A stretch of DNA of 64,000 nucleotides, taken from assembly GCA_964016885.1 (NCBI GenBank), contig OZ024752.1, forward strand, positions 13,330,001-13,394,000, in the 5' to 3' direction. Every line of letters begins with the position of its first letter. Positions within the stretch are counted from its first letter, which is position 1. The notes below the pieces were generated by a model. The model was not told where the DNA came from. It searched no databases and was given only the letters and a program-made list of their open reading frames with translations. The DNA is from Eledone cirrhosa (taxonomy: Eukaryota). The position numbers and the translations under genes are program-made. Shown one piece after another: positions 41,194-54,215 of this stretch.

Positions 41194-42340
41194 ATTTATT
41201 AATGCATGGACAGTTATATGACCTCCTTTTCAGCCGAGAGACATACCAATACATATTCAAACATTGATACATATTCAAACATTGTGGGTCAACATTCATT
41301 ACAAAATTTAGAGTGGCAGCACACACTTCGAGATTACATTTATATTAATAGGTACAATCAAAAATCAAAGATATAGGTTAAAGTACAACATGAAGATAAG
41401 TGGTTATATAGTGCAAATGTTATATGTGTGGCACGCATGTGCGTCTTGTTTATATAGTGTGGCAGAGAGATATGTGTGGTAGAGGCACTTAGGTAGGTAA
41501 ATAAGAGTGTTAGGTTGGTAGATCTGGTGGCAAAGTCTTTATATGATTGATATAGTCTGTGTGTGGAGAAATATTATAAGCATTAAAGATAGTGCAAGCA
41601 TTAAAAGTGTTATAAGTATTGGAGATGCACAGCGCAGGGATGTCAAGTAATTCATGTACTTCGGCATTTTCATGGTCAAGGGAGTGTATATTTCGATTAT
41701 ATGCCTTTCACATAATCCACGACAATTCAGTTAGAGATCGTAGTCTGGTGTTCATTAGTTCGATACAGGAGGTTGTTACGTTTCGAGAGACGCCATTGAA
41801 TACCGGAAGTGTGTGTGTGGCTAAGGGGAGTTAATGCATGCGGGGAGGTAACTCTGGGGTTTCTATATCTAGCCAATAAAATGTGTCCCAATATAGACCC
41901 TAAATTCTATGGTGAGGTGCACCTTCCAAGAGAGACTTTTAAAGCATAAAGTGTACTAACTATAGAGTAGTTTAACTAAATTATGCTGAAGGTGATCATA
42001 TTATTATTAAGGTGGATTAACCCATCTTAAGGTGCTACAAATGGAAATTATAGATGATGAGCGAGGATTCTAAATTAATGATCTCTGTGGTTGTAGTCTG
42101 CTCGTAAGACCAGGCGCGGTGATTGCAGGATTGCTTCAGGACCCAATGATCTCTGGTAAGATCTGGGTCATCGCTTGCTACATTGGATGTCGAAAGATAA
42201 TCGTCCCCAGGCAGGCCAAAGGTCAATCCGCAGTCCTCGCGACCCCTCTCTGACCGTCAGATCATCCATATACGTACAACCCGCACGGCAGTTGCATTGC
42301 ATTCACTCACTGCGCTCAGTTCATATATATAATTATATAT

Positions 42341-42397
<57 letters not shown>

Positions 42398-42428
42398 TAT
42401 ATATATATATATATATATAATTATATAT

Positions 42429-42499
<71 letters not shown>

Positions 42500-43534
42500 A
42501 ATATATATATATATATATATAATTATATATATATATATATAATTATATATATATATATATAATTATATTAACATACATATACATGTGTTATATGCATTTT
42601 TATGAATATATGTCTGTCTGTATATATGCATGAGTGACGCGTGTCTACCAATTGGGTGATGCACACACATGTGTATATATGTATATGTAAGAATTGTGTG
42701 TGTACATGTACATGTGTACCCATACAATCTGATTGCAGATAGGCATAATTTAACAGCCATAAATGCATGAAAGCTAATCCTATATATTTTTATATATATA
42801 TATTAACATTTTTTATTTAATAACACAAGGGATGTATAACATTAATAATTAAACAAAATCATTTATTCTTTGTATGTATATATTATATACGGGAGTAGAT
42901 ATAATACGTATCTTCTGAGTGTGTATATATATATATATTTATGTGTATTTTTTGCGTGTGTTATATGATAGGTAATTTTCTCTAGCAATATATAGATTTC
43001 TTAATGTTTAAATTCCATTTTTTAATATATTGATCTCAACTTTTAAACTAAATATCTAATCATAGTTAAACAATGATTAATTTCTCATATTATATATGTA
43101 TATTCCATTCCTGAATATTAATATTTCTAATTTTATTTATTCATTTCATCTCAATTGATAACTTAACTTAATATGACATGAATTAAGGTTTTCGTTCTCT
43201 CCACCCTCTCTATCTCTATATTTCTCTCTTGATTTTTTCTCTATATTTCTCTCTCTTGATTTTTTCTCTCTGTTTTTTACTCTCTGTCTGGTGTTTTGAT
43301 ATCTCTCTCCTTTTTCTTTTTTTCTTTTTTCTTTTTTCTTTTTTCTTTTTTCTCTTTTTATTTCTTTATATCTCCCTTTCTTTCTCAACTTTTCTCTCTC
43401 TCCGTCTTTTTCCTTCTCCATAACACAATGACTTACTAAGATAAACAAATCCAATATCCCTGATGTCTTCCAAATGTAACGGTTGCATTTTGAAAGGGTA
43501 TGTCAAAATTTATTTATAAAACTGGTATATATTG

Positions 43535-43599
43535 TATTTTGTCTGATGAAAGCATGCCATAATTTAACATGGTATCCTTGAAATATGTATAATAAAATA
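43535..43599 (+). ncRNA. Type I hammerhead ribozyme
   Basis: uauuuugu-CUGAUGA-aag caugccau aauuuaac augguauc cuu-GAAA-uaugua-UA-auaaaaua. Confidence 0.78.
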
Positions 43600-43659
43600 G
43601 ATATGGTTTTATAAATATAGTTTCCATTTGTTAATATCGTATAATTATATATATATATA

Positions 43660-44610
43660 ATGAAAAATTGAACAGGGACAGAACAAAGAGGCAGTACGAT
43701 AAATGTTTATTAAATTCACGCGCAGGAGAGTGGGGGGTAGGTGGGGGACGACGTTTCGGGCATAAGCCCTTCTTCAGGTGAGAGTTCAAAAGGTGTGTAG
43801 GGGAGTGGTGGAGAGACATATAGCGAAAGGAAACGGTGCGAATGAAAAATTAACAAATAAAGACAAAAATATAATAAATAATAAATAAAAATAAAGCATG
43901 ATCAAAATACAAGAAATGAGAAAATTTAAAAATAAAGGCATGATCAAAATAAACTGAAATTAAAAGGGGGGGTAAACAGGTGGTGGAAGGGTGTGGGGTG
44001 AGTAGAGGTGGTGGCGGGTGGAGTGGGGAGAGGGAGACGGGGTGTCCGAGCGGGGAGGGCTGAAGGTGGTGTGTGTGGTTAGGTGTGCGTGTGTGTGTGT
44101 GTATGTGAAAGTGAGGGTTGGGGGAAGAACGAGGTTGCATGTTCAGGAAGGTGTGTGTGGGGGGTGTTTTTGTGGGTCGGAGGGTCTGTGCGTGTGTAGA
44201 TAGGGGGTGGGGGGAGAGGAATCAGGGGGCTGAGGGGGTAAATATGTGGTGGGAAGCACGTGTGTGTGGTTTAAGCGTGTTGTGGTGTGGGTGGCGTGTG
44301 GATAAAAAAAATTTGTTTGGGGTGTGTGTGTGGGTGAGTTATATAGGTGATGGTGTAAGAGGATGGTTGAAAAGTGGTAAGTTACACGGATGTATGGAGA
44401 TTTTGGTTGGAAGTCAATAACGCGTGTGGGTAATCCAAGAAGCGGTAGTCGGAAGAGGAGAGATGTGCGGTGCGCGCGCAACAGGAAGTGGTCAGCAGTG
44501 GAAGTGCTGTGGTCAGTTGGTGCTGAGACAGTGGTCGGAAGGGCATAGCAGCAGTCGGCGGAATGGTAGGGAGGCGAGGATGGGTAGGTGTGAGAGTTGG
44601 AGTGAGATAA
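43660..44610 (-). mobile_element. Non-autonomous repeat family D
   Basis: Colinear with 30390-31185; flanked by (TA)n. Confidence 0.8.
43747..43780 (-). ncRNA. Ultra-minimal hammerhead (loopless ACGU stem III)
   Basis: rc: ac-CUGAAGA-a-gggc uuau gccc-GAAAC-GUC-gu; stem I is only ~2 bp. Confidence 0.62.
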
Positions 44611-44729
44611 TTATATATATATATATATATATATAATTATATATATATATATATAATTATATATATATATATATATACATATATATATAATTATATATAT
44701 ATATATATATAATTATATATATATATATA

Positions 44730-44808
<79 letters not shown>

Positions 44809-44971
44809 TTATTAAAATAACAGATTAAAGTTTAAGCAAAGAATCGCTGCTTTCACCCTTAACGATATTTATCGAGCCCTCTTTGGATTCTAGTCTTCAA
44901 ATTTATTATTATTACTATATATATATATATATCATTATATATATATATATATATAATTATATATATATATA

Positions 44972-45009
<38 letters not shown>

Positions 45010-45041
45010 AAAATTGCAAACTCGACTGTCACCACATATCA

Positions 45042-45080
45042 TGAACCTGAAGATTGCGAAAGCATGAAAGTACTTGTTCA
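45042..45080 (+). ncRNA. Minimal type I hammerhead ribozyme
   Basis: ugaac-CUGAAGA-u-ugc gaaa gca-u-GAAAG-ua-CUU-guuca. Confidence 0.85.
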
Positions 45081-45262
45081 ATTAACACTTAGAATTTAAT
45101 ATTCTATCATACTATTTCATTATAATACCATTATATATATTTTAAAGGATTGTAAATAAAACGAGTAAATCAGACAAAGTTGGAATTCCTCTTATTAATA
45201 TAATCTGCTATACACAATCATACACACCCGTGTATATTTACCTATCTATATCTATATATATA

Positions 45263-45319
<57 letters not shown>

Positions 45320-45371
45320 TTATATCGTGACGAAACATAAGTCAATTGCATGAACTCATAATCCTTTATTT

Positions 45372-45427
45372 ACTGCTATATATATTTCGTTGATAGTCTT
45401 TGAATGGCTACGTCCTCATTAGGCAGT
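45372..45427 (-). ncRNA. Degenerate hammerhead, homologous to 18982-19036
   Basis: rc: acugc-CUAAUGA-..-GAAA-uauaua-UA-gcagu; G5A change and weak stem II. Confidence 0.55.
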
Positions 45428-45751
45428 TAGGCAGTTATTAGATATGCCAGCTCTGTGTTTATAGTGTTGATGGTATCAAAGCCTTGGGACATATCAGCTT
45501 GTTAGGAATAATTTAATGTTTTAATGTTGTCAGCCGGAATAGTCTTAATTCTCATTGGTCAGTTTTTAGATGCTAGTAGGGTTGGTATTTGACCTCAAAG
45601 AGGCAGGTGGTGTTGTAAAGTTCAAACCGTCAGGCAAGATGACAATAGTTCCATAAGACTGATTTTCACAAAAAGCATTCCTGGTCAGGTATATATTCAA
45701 TTAAGGTTAATAGTATGAGATAGATACTACAGGTCATTATTAAATTGAGGA

Positions 45752-45943
45752 GGGCGGTGGATTGGCAGTATCGGTAGAGGGTCGGACGCCATGCTCTCCA
45801 GCATAGTTACGTCCCTTTACGATCTGAGTTCACATCCCGCCGAGGTTGACTTTGCCTTTCATCCTTACGGGGTCGATAAAATAAAGTACCAGTAATGCAC
45901 TGGGTAATTGCTGGCCTTGTGCCTAATGTAGAAACAATTATTA
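45752..45943 (+). mobile_element. SINE family 1, full copy
   Basis: ggcggtggattggcagtatcggtagagg..ctgagttcacatcccgccgaggttgactttgcctttcatccttacggggtcgataaaataaagtaccag..tagaaacaattatt. Confidence 0.9.
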
Positions 45944-46169
45944 AATTGAGGAATTTATGTGGAGTGGTACTACTGAAAATTATGTTTAGAGTAGAAAATT
46001 TACAAATAAAAAGACTTATGTAGGTTGGCTTGCACGTACACTCACACCCACCTTCACAGACACACACACATATCCACACATGCAAATTGAGGAACTAATG
46101 TGGGGTGGTAATACTTAAAATAATGCTTAGAGTCAAATACTTAGATAGTTTAGAAAATTTAGAAATAAA

Positions 46170-46335
46170 AAATAAATATTTATTTGGTTCCTTTACCGGA
46201 TTCGCAGTTCTGCTTTTCAAAAGTAGAGTTGAGATGGAGGGTCTGTGGTTTTTCTCAAAACCACAGACACTCCATCTCAACTCTATTTTTGAAAAGCAGA
46301 AGAACTGCGAAACCGGTAAAGGAACCAAATAAATA
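46170..46335. repeat. Foldback of family B with a U3-A8 hammerhead at 46286-46321(+)
   Basis: tatttggttcctttaccgg..gtctgtggtttt|aaaaccacagac..ccggtaaaggaaccaaata. Confidence 0.85.
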
Positions 46336-46680
46336 TATATATATACACACAATAAATATATATATATATATATAAATATACCAAATAAATATATATATAT
46401 ATATATACACACGTATATATATATATACGTGTGTGTATATATTTTTATACTCGAGTTGATAGAGGGGGGGGGGATCGAGAAGTGACAGGGAATCTGATTG
46501 ACTGATAGTATAAATAGATTAGTTTGGAGTAAAAGCTAGCAAGTAATTAAATTGGTTGTTGGTTGGGTGTGACATTAAAAACAGGACAAGTGGACATAAT
46601 CTGTAGACGGGGTCATAGGCTTCCTGTTGGTAATGTTTATATTATTCGGAGAGAGATATGGGGGCGTGTGAAAGAAATAA

Positions 46681-46896
46681 AACGACCTTATAAATAGTAT
46701 TAGTCAGAGACCTCTGTTAAAACGAACTTATAAATAGTATTAGTCAGAGACCTCTGTTAAAACGAACTTATAAATAGTATTAGTCAGAGACCTCTGTTAA
46801 AACGAACTTATAAATAGTATTAGTCAGAGACCTCTGTTAAAACGAACTTATAAATAGTATTAGTCAGAGACCTCTGTTAAAACGAACTTATAAATA
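46681..46896 (+). repeat. 40-bp minisatellite, ~5.4 copies
   Basis: aacgaacttataaatagtattagtcagagacctctgttaa starting at 46681, 46721, 46761, 46801 and 46841. Confidence 0.97.
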
Positions 46897-47275
46897 ACTG
46901 TTTCTACTTTTGGCACAAGGCCGGAAATTACCCAGTACATTACTGGTACTTTATTCTATCGACCCCGTAAGGATGAAAGGCAGAGTTAACCTTGGCGGGA
47001 TTTGAACTCAGAATGGCAAGGGCCGCAACTCTATGCGTTAAAGCATGGCGTCCGACCCTCTACCGATACTGCTAATTCAAGCAGACATAAAATAATTGTT
47101 TCTACTTTAGGCACAAGGCCAGCAATTACCCAGTACATTATTGGTACTTTATTTTATCGACCCGTAAGGATGAAAGGCAAAGTTAACCTAGGCGGGATTT
47201 GAACTCAGACTGTAAAGGGACGTAACTATGCTAGAAAGCATGGTGTCTGACGCTCTACCGATTCTGACAATCTAA
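46893..47275 (-). mobile_element. Two tandem SINE family 1 copies
   Basis: Consensus match at 46893-47075 and 47090-47275; a deleted copy lies at 47615-47740. Confidence 0.88.
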
Positions 47276-48101
47276 CGTTAGACAGAGAACTCTGTTTAAT
47301 CATTGTATTTCGTTAGATATTGGAGACACAAATACAAACATAGATAGGTACAGGCGTAGATCTGTCAACTCTCCCCGTCCGACGGGGCGATCTCCCACCT
47401 ATTTTGGGCTGGGTGGGAGATGTCTTCTCTTGTGAAACTGGGTATAGCTTTCATTATGTAAAATCTCCCCATTTTGCCTCATTTCTCGCTGTTATTGGGC
47501 ATTTTTTTCATTGTACTACCCGTTTGCATATGAGGCACTGCCATAATACACAGCTAAAGCCTCTGAATCCATGTTGCTTCAATGTTGGAAAGAAAATTTA
47601 ATATGCTTGTAGTAATAATTGTTTCTACTTTTGGCACAAGGCCAGCAATTACCCCGTAAGGAAGAAAGGCAAAGTTACCCTCGGCAGGATTTGAACTGAG
47701 ACCATAAAGGGCCGTAACTCTTTGCTGCAAAGCATGCTTGTAGTAGGAATGGCTCTGATATATAGCTTTATTTAACGGGAAATAAATAATTTTCTATATA
47801 GATAATGAACACAACCACAAGGATATGGTCCGAAGGTAGAAGAGCCGAACTTCCACTGTCATCGCCTCCATCTCTCTCGCCCTCCCCATCTCTCTGTATG
47901 ATGAGAAAATGGGGTCCCACGTGCTGGCCGCCCAACGGCCCCGGCGGACAGAATGGAGAAGGCTTTTCACCGGAGGATGGTAAGGGAGATGGGCTGGAAG
48001 AGCTATTTTATATTCTGGCTCCTGCTTGTATTTTAACCCTCTGTGTTTACTTCAATTCATACGATAAAGACCAATATATATAAAGCAGGCTGACATATGT
48101 G

Positions 48102-48320
48102 AAGGCGTGTGGCTGAATGGTTAGAGAATTGGATTCGCAATCATGAGGTTGGGAGTTCGATTCCCGGACCGGGGATTGTGTTATGTACTTGGGCAAGACA
48201 CTTTATTTCACGTTGCTCCTTCTACCTGGATTTGCGACTTATAGATAGTATTAGCAATTGGAAAAGCCAATGGAAACATTGTTTCCTCGGTCCGATTTGA
48301 CGAAAGTCAATCAGCTGTCG
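48102..48320 (+). mobile_element. SINE family 2
   Basis: ggcgtgtggctgaatggttagagaattggattcgcaatcatgaggttgggagttcgattcccgg. Confidence 0.88.
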
Positions 48321-49116
48321 ATATAAAGCAGACGACAAACACACACAGACAGAAGTGCCCGAATAGATAGATTTCAACACATGTGAGCTCAGATAGACAA
48401 CCGTAGTTCTTTATTTGCCACGAGGGCACACAAGAAATGGGACATTACAAGACGTGACGGAAGGGGTTTTACAAATAATCGTGTAAACAAATTTAACAGT
48501 TGAAATGAACATTCGAAATCCCCAATAGGCTTAGTGATCCCCAGATCATCAATGATTGTGAATGTCCAACTGTCGGTTTGACATGACGAGAATTCTAACG
48601 CTGTCCAGGTGGTCATTTTACATTAAAAAAGATAAATTGTCTAATTAATGTTTCATCACTAAACATTACCTCACCCCATTGAGCAGAAGTCCAGAGATGA
48701 TAAATGTTACAGAACAACAGCCGGTCATTGATATATTTATTTGAAAGTTGAGGCTTGGCAGCTGGTTTTAAAGACCGAAGGTTAAAGTCCTTAACACGGC
48801 ATTGTCGGATGACAGAAGATATGTTTGTGTCCTGAGAGGAAGTAGGGCTTGGATATATGAGCTGGAAGCAATTGCATTTGACACTGCAAGTCGGTGTATC
48901 ATGTGATCTGTTTGAACACTTGTCTTCGTTGTGTTTCAGGCCGATTGTTTGGGTTAGGAGTGCCTTACGGACAAATGTGTTTTGAACACTGGTCTTAGAT
49001 ATACCCAGATATTTGCCCTGAAAATAACCTTCCTCGTGTAGAAGGGTGATAATTTCACGTTTTTTGCTTGAAATGGCAAATACTAAAAAAATGTATTAAA
49101 ATGCTGACCGGGTGTG

Positions 49117-49183
<67 letters not shown>

Positions 49184-49504
49184 CGTGTGCGTGTGTGTGT
49201 GTGTGTGTGTATGTGTGTGTGTGTGTGTGTTAAAGGTAAACAAAAATAACAACACGATCGGTACAGCATATGGAAAGAATATATTAGGTTAACGCTTGAA
49301 ATAGTAGGTACAGGGTCTTAACGTTTCGGACGCTAGTCCTTCACAAGGAGAAAGAATAAGCAATAAGATAGATTGAAGGGACGGGTGGGGTGGAATTGGA
49401 AAACATTTCTTTAGATAAAAATAACAACTGGATATCAACCCGGAGAATACCTGAACTTTCATCAGGAAATCTTTCGTATCCCTGAAATTTTCTTTGCTTC
49501 TTGC

Positions 49505-49554
<50 letters not shown>

Positions 49555-49859
49555 ATACAATAAATAATGTGATTGGTCAACTTATGTACAATGACTGAAA
49601 AAAATCAAGAGTGATATTAACGCGCTCGTATGTATACTATGGTTGCTAATAGTATAACAGGTAAAATACAGGTAGCCTCTGAATTATGCGTAACACTGTA
49701 ATATTAAAGTACTCCTTGACGTAGAAATTCGTTGCTAGGGACCCTTTAGTATAATGGGTAACGCACTCACCTACCATTTAAGAAGTACGGCTTTCAGTTA
49801 TTTGCTGGGGCTTCTCTTCATTATTTTCGTCTTCAGCGATGTTTTACCCGACTTTCTCA

Positions 49860-50190
49860 ACTATTATTCTAAATTCAAATCTCGCCGAAGTTGGTCTATA
49901 AAATAAAGCAGTAGTAATGCACTAGGATCGATTTAATGGACCCTACACTCCCCCCAAAATGGTTGGCCATGTGCCGAAATCAGAAATCATTATTGATGGT
50001 GACGCCATGCTTTGTAGCATAGAGCTACGACCCTTTATGATCTGAGTTCAAATCCCGCCGAGGTTAACTTTGCCTTTCATTCTTACGGGGTCGATAAAAT
50101 AAAGTACCAGTCACGTACTGGGGTCGATTTAATCGACTTTCCCCTCCCCTGAAATGACTGGACTTGTGCCTATACTAGAAATCATTATTT
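49860..50190 (+). mobile_element. Two partial SINE family 1 copies
   Basis: ctgagttcaaatcccgccgaggttaactttgcctttcattcttacggggtcgataaaataaagtaccag. Confidence 0.8.
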
Positions 50191-50339
50191 ATGATGATCG
50201 ACTATCTTTAGAGTGATTTCAAACGTTTCAAATATTTCTAAAGTCATCGTTAATTAGGTATTTTTGTTTTCCTTCTTTTTTCTTCTTTTTCTTTTTCGTT
50301 TTCTTTTTTTCTTTTTCTTTATTTTCTTTTTCCTTTTCT

Positions 50340-50612
50340 TCTTTTTCTTCTTCTTCTTTGCCTTCTTCGCTCACTTATTCCTGAGGGGGCTGTGGGGTGC
50401 AGCATCCTCAACCACTCCTTCCAGTGGGTCCTGTCACAAGCAACTGTCTTCAACTGATCAGGCTGGATCTCCAAGCGAAACCAGTCGAGCTCTTGGATGT
50501 TATCTTGCTCGGGGTCTACCTCTGTGTCTCCTGTCCGTTGGTTTTACCCGTAAAATCTGTCCAACCATTCTTTCCTGAGACATTCTAACCACATTCCGGG
50601 AGCGGTAACTTA
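50340..50612 (-). mobile_element. LINE 3' fragment, same family as 15375-15745
   Basis: rc gives VVRMSQERMVGQILRVKPTDRRHRGRPRAR, followed by a long (GAA/A)-rich tail. Confidence 0.72.
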
Positions 50613-50850
50613 GATTTTATTTTCAATTTTTATTTATTTATTCAACTATTTAATTCCTCTAAACTTCAAACACTTACTAAAACTGTAGATTTGAGAAACT
50701 AGGTTGTTTATATAGATCGAATATATCATTAAAACAAACTAGGTTGGACTTGTTTGAAAATATTCCAGTAAAAATATCACACCTAAATACAGGATAACAT
50801 TGCTAAATTCTGTTATATATATATATAGATTTACTTTCTCTTAGTATATA

Positions 50851-51224
50851 CAGAGTACTCCCGGCATTCGCGGTTTCTACATTCGTGGTCCTGATTATTC
50901 GCGGAATTTTCCTGAGAACCTAACTAATAACTGTTCGTAAAAACCACCGCATAATCGCGGAATCGTAAATATCTTCCGCGATTTTTTAATGGTTTTTTTC
51001 GTGGCAATATATATTTTTAACGCTAAAATATTAATAACAATATACTGTATTTGCCGGCCTATTGAACGCCATTTCGTATAAAACGGTCCTTATATTTTAA
51101 TTGTATTTTACGTTATATTTTGACGTTAATAGGCATTTTTATGGACCAGGTCCAATTATTCGCGGTTTTTCATTCTTCGCGCGTGCTCTAGGAACGTAAC
51201 CCCGCGAATACAGAGGGACAACTG
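50851..51224. mobile_element. Tigger/pogo-like MITE
   Basis: TA|cagagtactcccggcattcgcgg ... ccgcgaatacagagggacaactg|TA; attcgcgg motifs repeat internally. Confidence 0.72.
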
Positions 51225-51338
51225 TATTATAATATCTACTACTATAAAGGAAGTTTTTCAATATGGCCTAAGCCGAGATGGCTAAAACAAATTCAAGGTC
51301 TAATGTATGCCGCCTGTAATTGAACAACAGATAACTAA

Positions 51339-51380
<42 letters not shown>

Positions 51381-52099
51381 ATTGCATTGGAGCTGAATGT
51401 AGATTTACACTCTGTTATCTGCATTGCAGGGGTCGCAGTGCTCGAGTTTCTGGCCGAAGCGACTAAGTCGGAGGTGGAGAACGTGTCACAGCATTACTAA
51501 TCGACGATGTAATGACATTGAAACTATCCTCAAATATTTAGTTACATCCCTTAACTTTCTCAGTTTAAATCCCAACGGAGAAAACTTGACATTTCAGTCC
51601 CTCCGAGCCGATAAAATTAGTACTGATAATCTACTATCACAGATTTACAATACTAAATTTCCCTCACACTAATTCGTTTTTATCATGTGTTAATTAAGAA
51701 ATACCCAATCAGGCCATAATTTTTCATCTCGAGCATGTTGCCTTATACTAAACCCAAGAAAAGATGTGACTGTAGGGATTCAAGCTAAGGAAAACCCATA
51801 ATTTATATTCTCAGGTCATGAATAATCGTCGACCCTTATTAATTTGTCAGATTATTTCCACCCACCCCCGTTTATTAACTTTTACTTATCTATCTCTGGC
51901 GAAATTTTATTGTAAGTGCTTATTCATATTGATACAGCAGCTGGAGAATCTAATAATTATTTTATTTTACATGAAAAAACATTATATATGACAAAAAAGA
52001 ACATTACAAGAAATCCCACTATACAATTACCGAATTCGCCTTCCCTCTGTTTATTCTAATGGTCGATTCCCCACCCCCCGCTTATTCGAACCCCACCTC

Positions 52100-52545
52100 T
52101 ATTATTTGTTGCCCGAGAGTAATTAATATTGCTGCCAATCATCTTTCCAAGAAGATATTTCGTCTTAATCTCATTCATTCTCAGCCCCACACTCATCGAC
52201 ATAGTCCCCACCTCCTGCATCAACTCCTCTGCCCCTTTCACGGCGTTTGTCACCAGAACTATGTCGTCGGCAAATTCAATATCTTTTTCGCCTTAACTCT
52301 CCTGCTCTGAGCCGGTGCTACAGTAAAGCCAGAGTCCTGGTGTTTCTCCAGCGCAAGGCGCATACAATAGTTCACTACGATGATAAAAAGGTAGGGAGCC
52401 AAAGGTTAACATATGTTGATACCCTAAGGACAGACACTGGTCTCTTGGAGACGCAGGACATGGCAGCGCTATTGAGGGACAGAGACCGCTGGAGAGAAAT
52501 CGTCCATGGATCTCGGGAATTTTAACCGCCCTAAATAGATAGATT
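52100..52545. mobile_element. LINE insertion with a 5' inversion
   Basis: Minus 52402-52100 encodes LAPYLFIIVVNYCMR..EFADDIVLV..GLRMNEIKTKY; plus 52394-52545 is the LINE 3' end with a (TAGA) tail. Confidence 0.78.
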
Positions 52546-53001
52546 ATGCTGATTCCGAAAGCGTGGAGATGGCTGTAAGTCTGAGAAAAAGAAGATAAGG
52601 GGGGGGGGGGGAGGGGGGAAATAGCATTGATGAAAATTAAGAAGTCACAGAAAGAGTCTCATTTGACGTCTCATTGCTTTGACTGTGTTCAAAGAACACT
52701 GAGAAGCTGTCATGATGTGAAATGTTTATGCCCGGCACGAATCATCATGATACAGGTTACCTTTATCCAACATTGAGGTGATTTCCTCTTGTCCATTACA
52801 GTTAGTTACCTTTGAATTCTTTAAAACTCTAGTGATTAGGTTTCACCATGCTGTTCACTTTACACAGATACAATGATATATCTGAAACAAATATTAAAGA
52901 ATTAGACTCTATCAAGTTTATTCCGAACACCGTGTATATAGGTTAATTTAATTGGCAAGTACTAAAATATTAAGAGCAACGCAGTTTTATAACTTAGCAA
53001 G

Positions 53002-53380
53002 AAATAATTGTTTCTACTTTAGGCACAAGGCCAGCAATAACCCAGTGCATTACTGGTACTTTATTTTATCGACCCCGTAAGGATGAAAGGCAAAGTCAAC
53101 CTCGGCGGGATTTGAACTCAGATCGTAAAGGGACATAACTATGCTGGAAAGCATGGCGTCCGACCCTCTACCGATACTGCCAATCCACCAAGAAATAATT
53201 GTTTCTACTTTAGGCACAAGGCCAGCAATAACCCAGTGCATTACTGGTCCTTTATTTTATCGACCCCGTAAGGATGAAAGGCAAAGTCAACCTCGGCAGG
53301 ATTTGAACTCAGATCGTTAAGGGACGTAACTATGCTGGAAAGCATGGCGTCTGACCCTCTACCGATACTGTCAATCCACC
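53002..53380 (-). mobile_element. Tandem dimer of SINE family 1
   Basis: Two near-identical ~190-bp copies head to tail. Confidence 0.9.
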
Positions 53381-54144
53381 AAAAAATAATGAATGTTTAT
53401 ATACTGCAGGATGAACTAATCAAAGAAAGAGCAGAATATATGAAACAACTTTGCTATGGTTATCATCGGTTTCGGAAGAGCGTCTTCTAAGTTTTGAAAA
53501 GGGGTCTTCTGTCACTTTCTGAAGAGAGCCTTCTGTCAGTTTCTGAAGAGCGCCTTCTCTCACTTTCTGAAGAGTATATTACTTCAGTTTCTTCATTAGT
53601 TTCTGAAATTCCCCTATTTTGTCACGATGAAGACCCTCATGTCGATAGCTCCTATTTCTAGATATGTAACTCTACTTAGATGTAAATTCTATCTCTTCAC
53701 TCTGGAAGTGGCGGCACTGATAAACGTTCTTAATGTGAATCAACAGAATGACTGCACCTGTACAGCCCATATCATAGATGTTAAGGTATCGGACTTACGA
53801 TCGTAATGCCGTGGGTTTGGTTCCTGAATAATGAAGCGCATTATGTTCGTGTGCAAAATACTTTAATTTTCGTTTCTTCAGTCTACTCGGTTGACAATTA
53901 GTACCAGAATTAACTGGGGGGGCGTCCAATTAACTGATATCCTGTACTCTGTCACGTAAAGCCAATAAAACTGTGATAAACAACAACCTGATGAACCCCC
54001 TGGATTGAGGCTAAGATTTTAACCTCTTAACATTGCTTCGTCTTTATTTAAATGTCATTCATTTTTCATTCCCCCCCCCCTTTATTAAAAATAAAATCTT
54101 GCAGTATATCTTAAAGGCAGTGTGAGGTGGTCATCCATTGTATG

Positions 54145-54209
<65 letters not shown>

Positions 54210-54215
<6 letters not shown>

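Larger units (their letters stand above)
36742..42319 (-). mobile_element. Intact Penelope-like retroelement (partial tandem, 4199-bp unit) inserted in (TA)n
   Basis: 36742-38120 and 40941-42319 are direct repeats (1379 bp, no mismatch noticed by eye) around an uninterrupted RT/GIY-YIG ORF; (TA)n on both sides. Confidence 0.96.

Noticed and set aside
46681-46896. CRISPR-like regular repeats
   Set aside because: Head-to-tail 40-bp units with no unique spacers, no cas genes and a eukaryotic context: a minisatellite.
49317-49347. Functional hammerhead (rc cuu-guga-aggac uagc gucc-GAAAC-GUU-aag)
   Set aside because: The CUGANGA core is partly deleted; at best a dead relic.
53468-53590. Repeated CTGAAGA as a ribozyme array
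   Set aside because: A degenerate ~24-bp tandem repeat with no matching GAAA or stem III.
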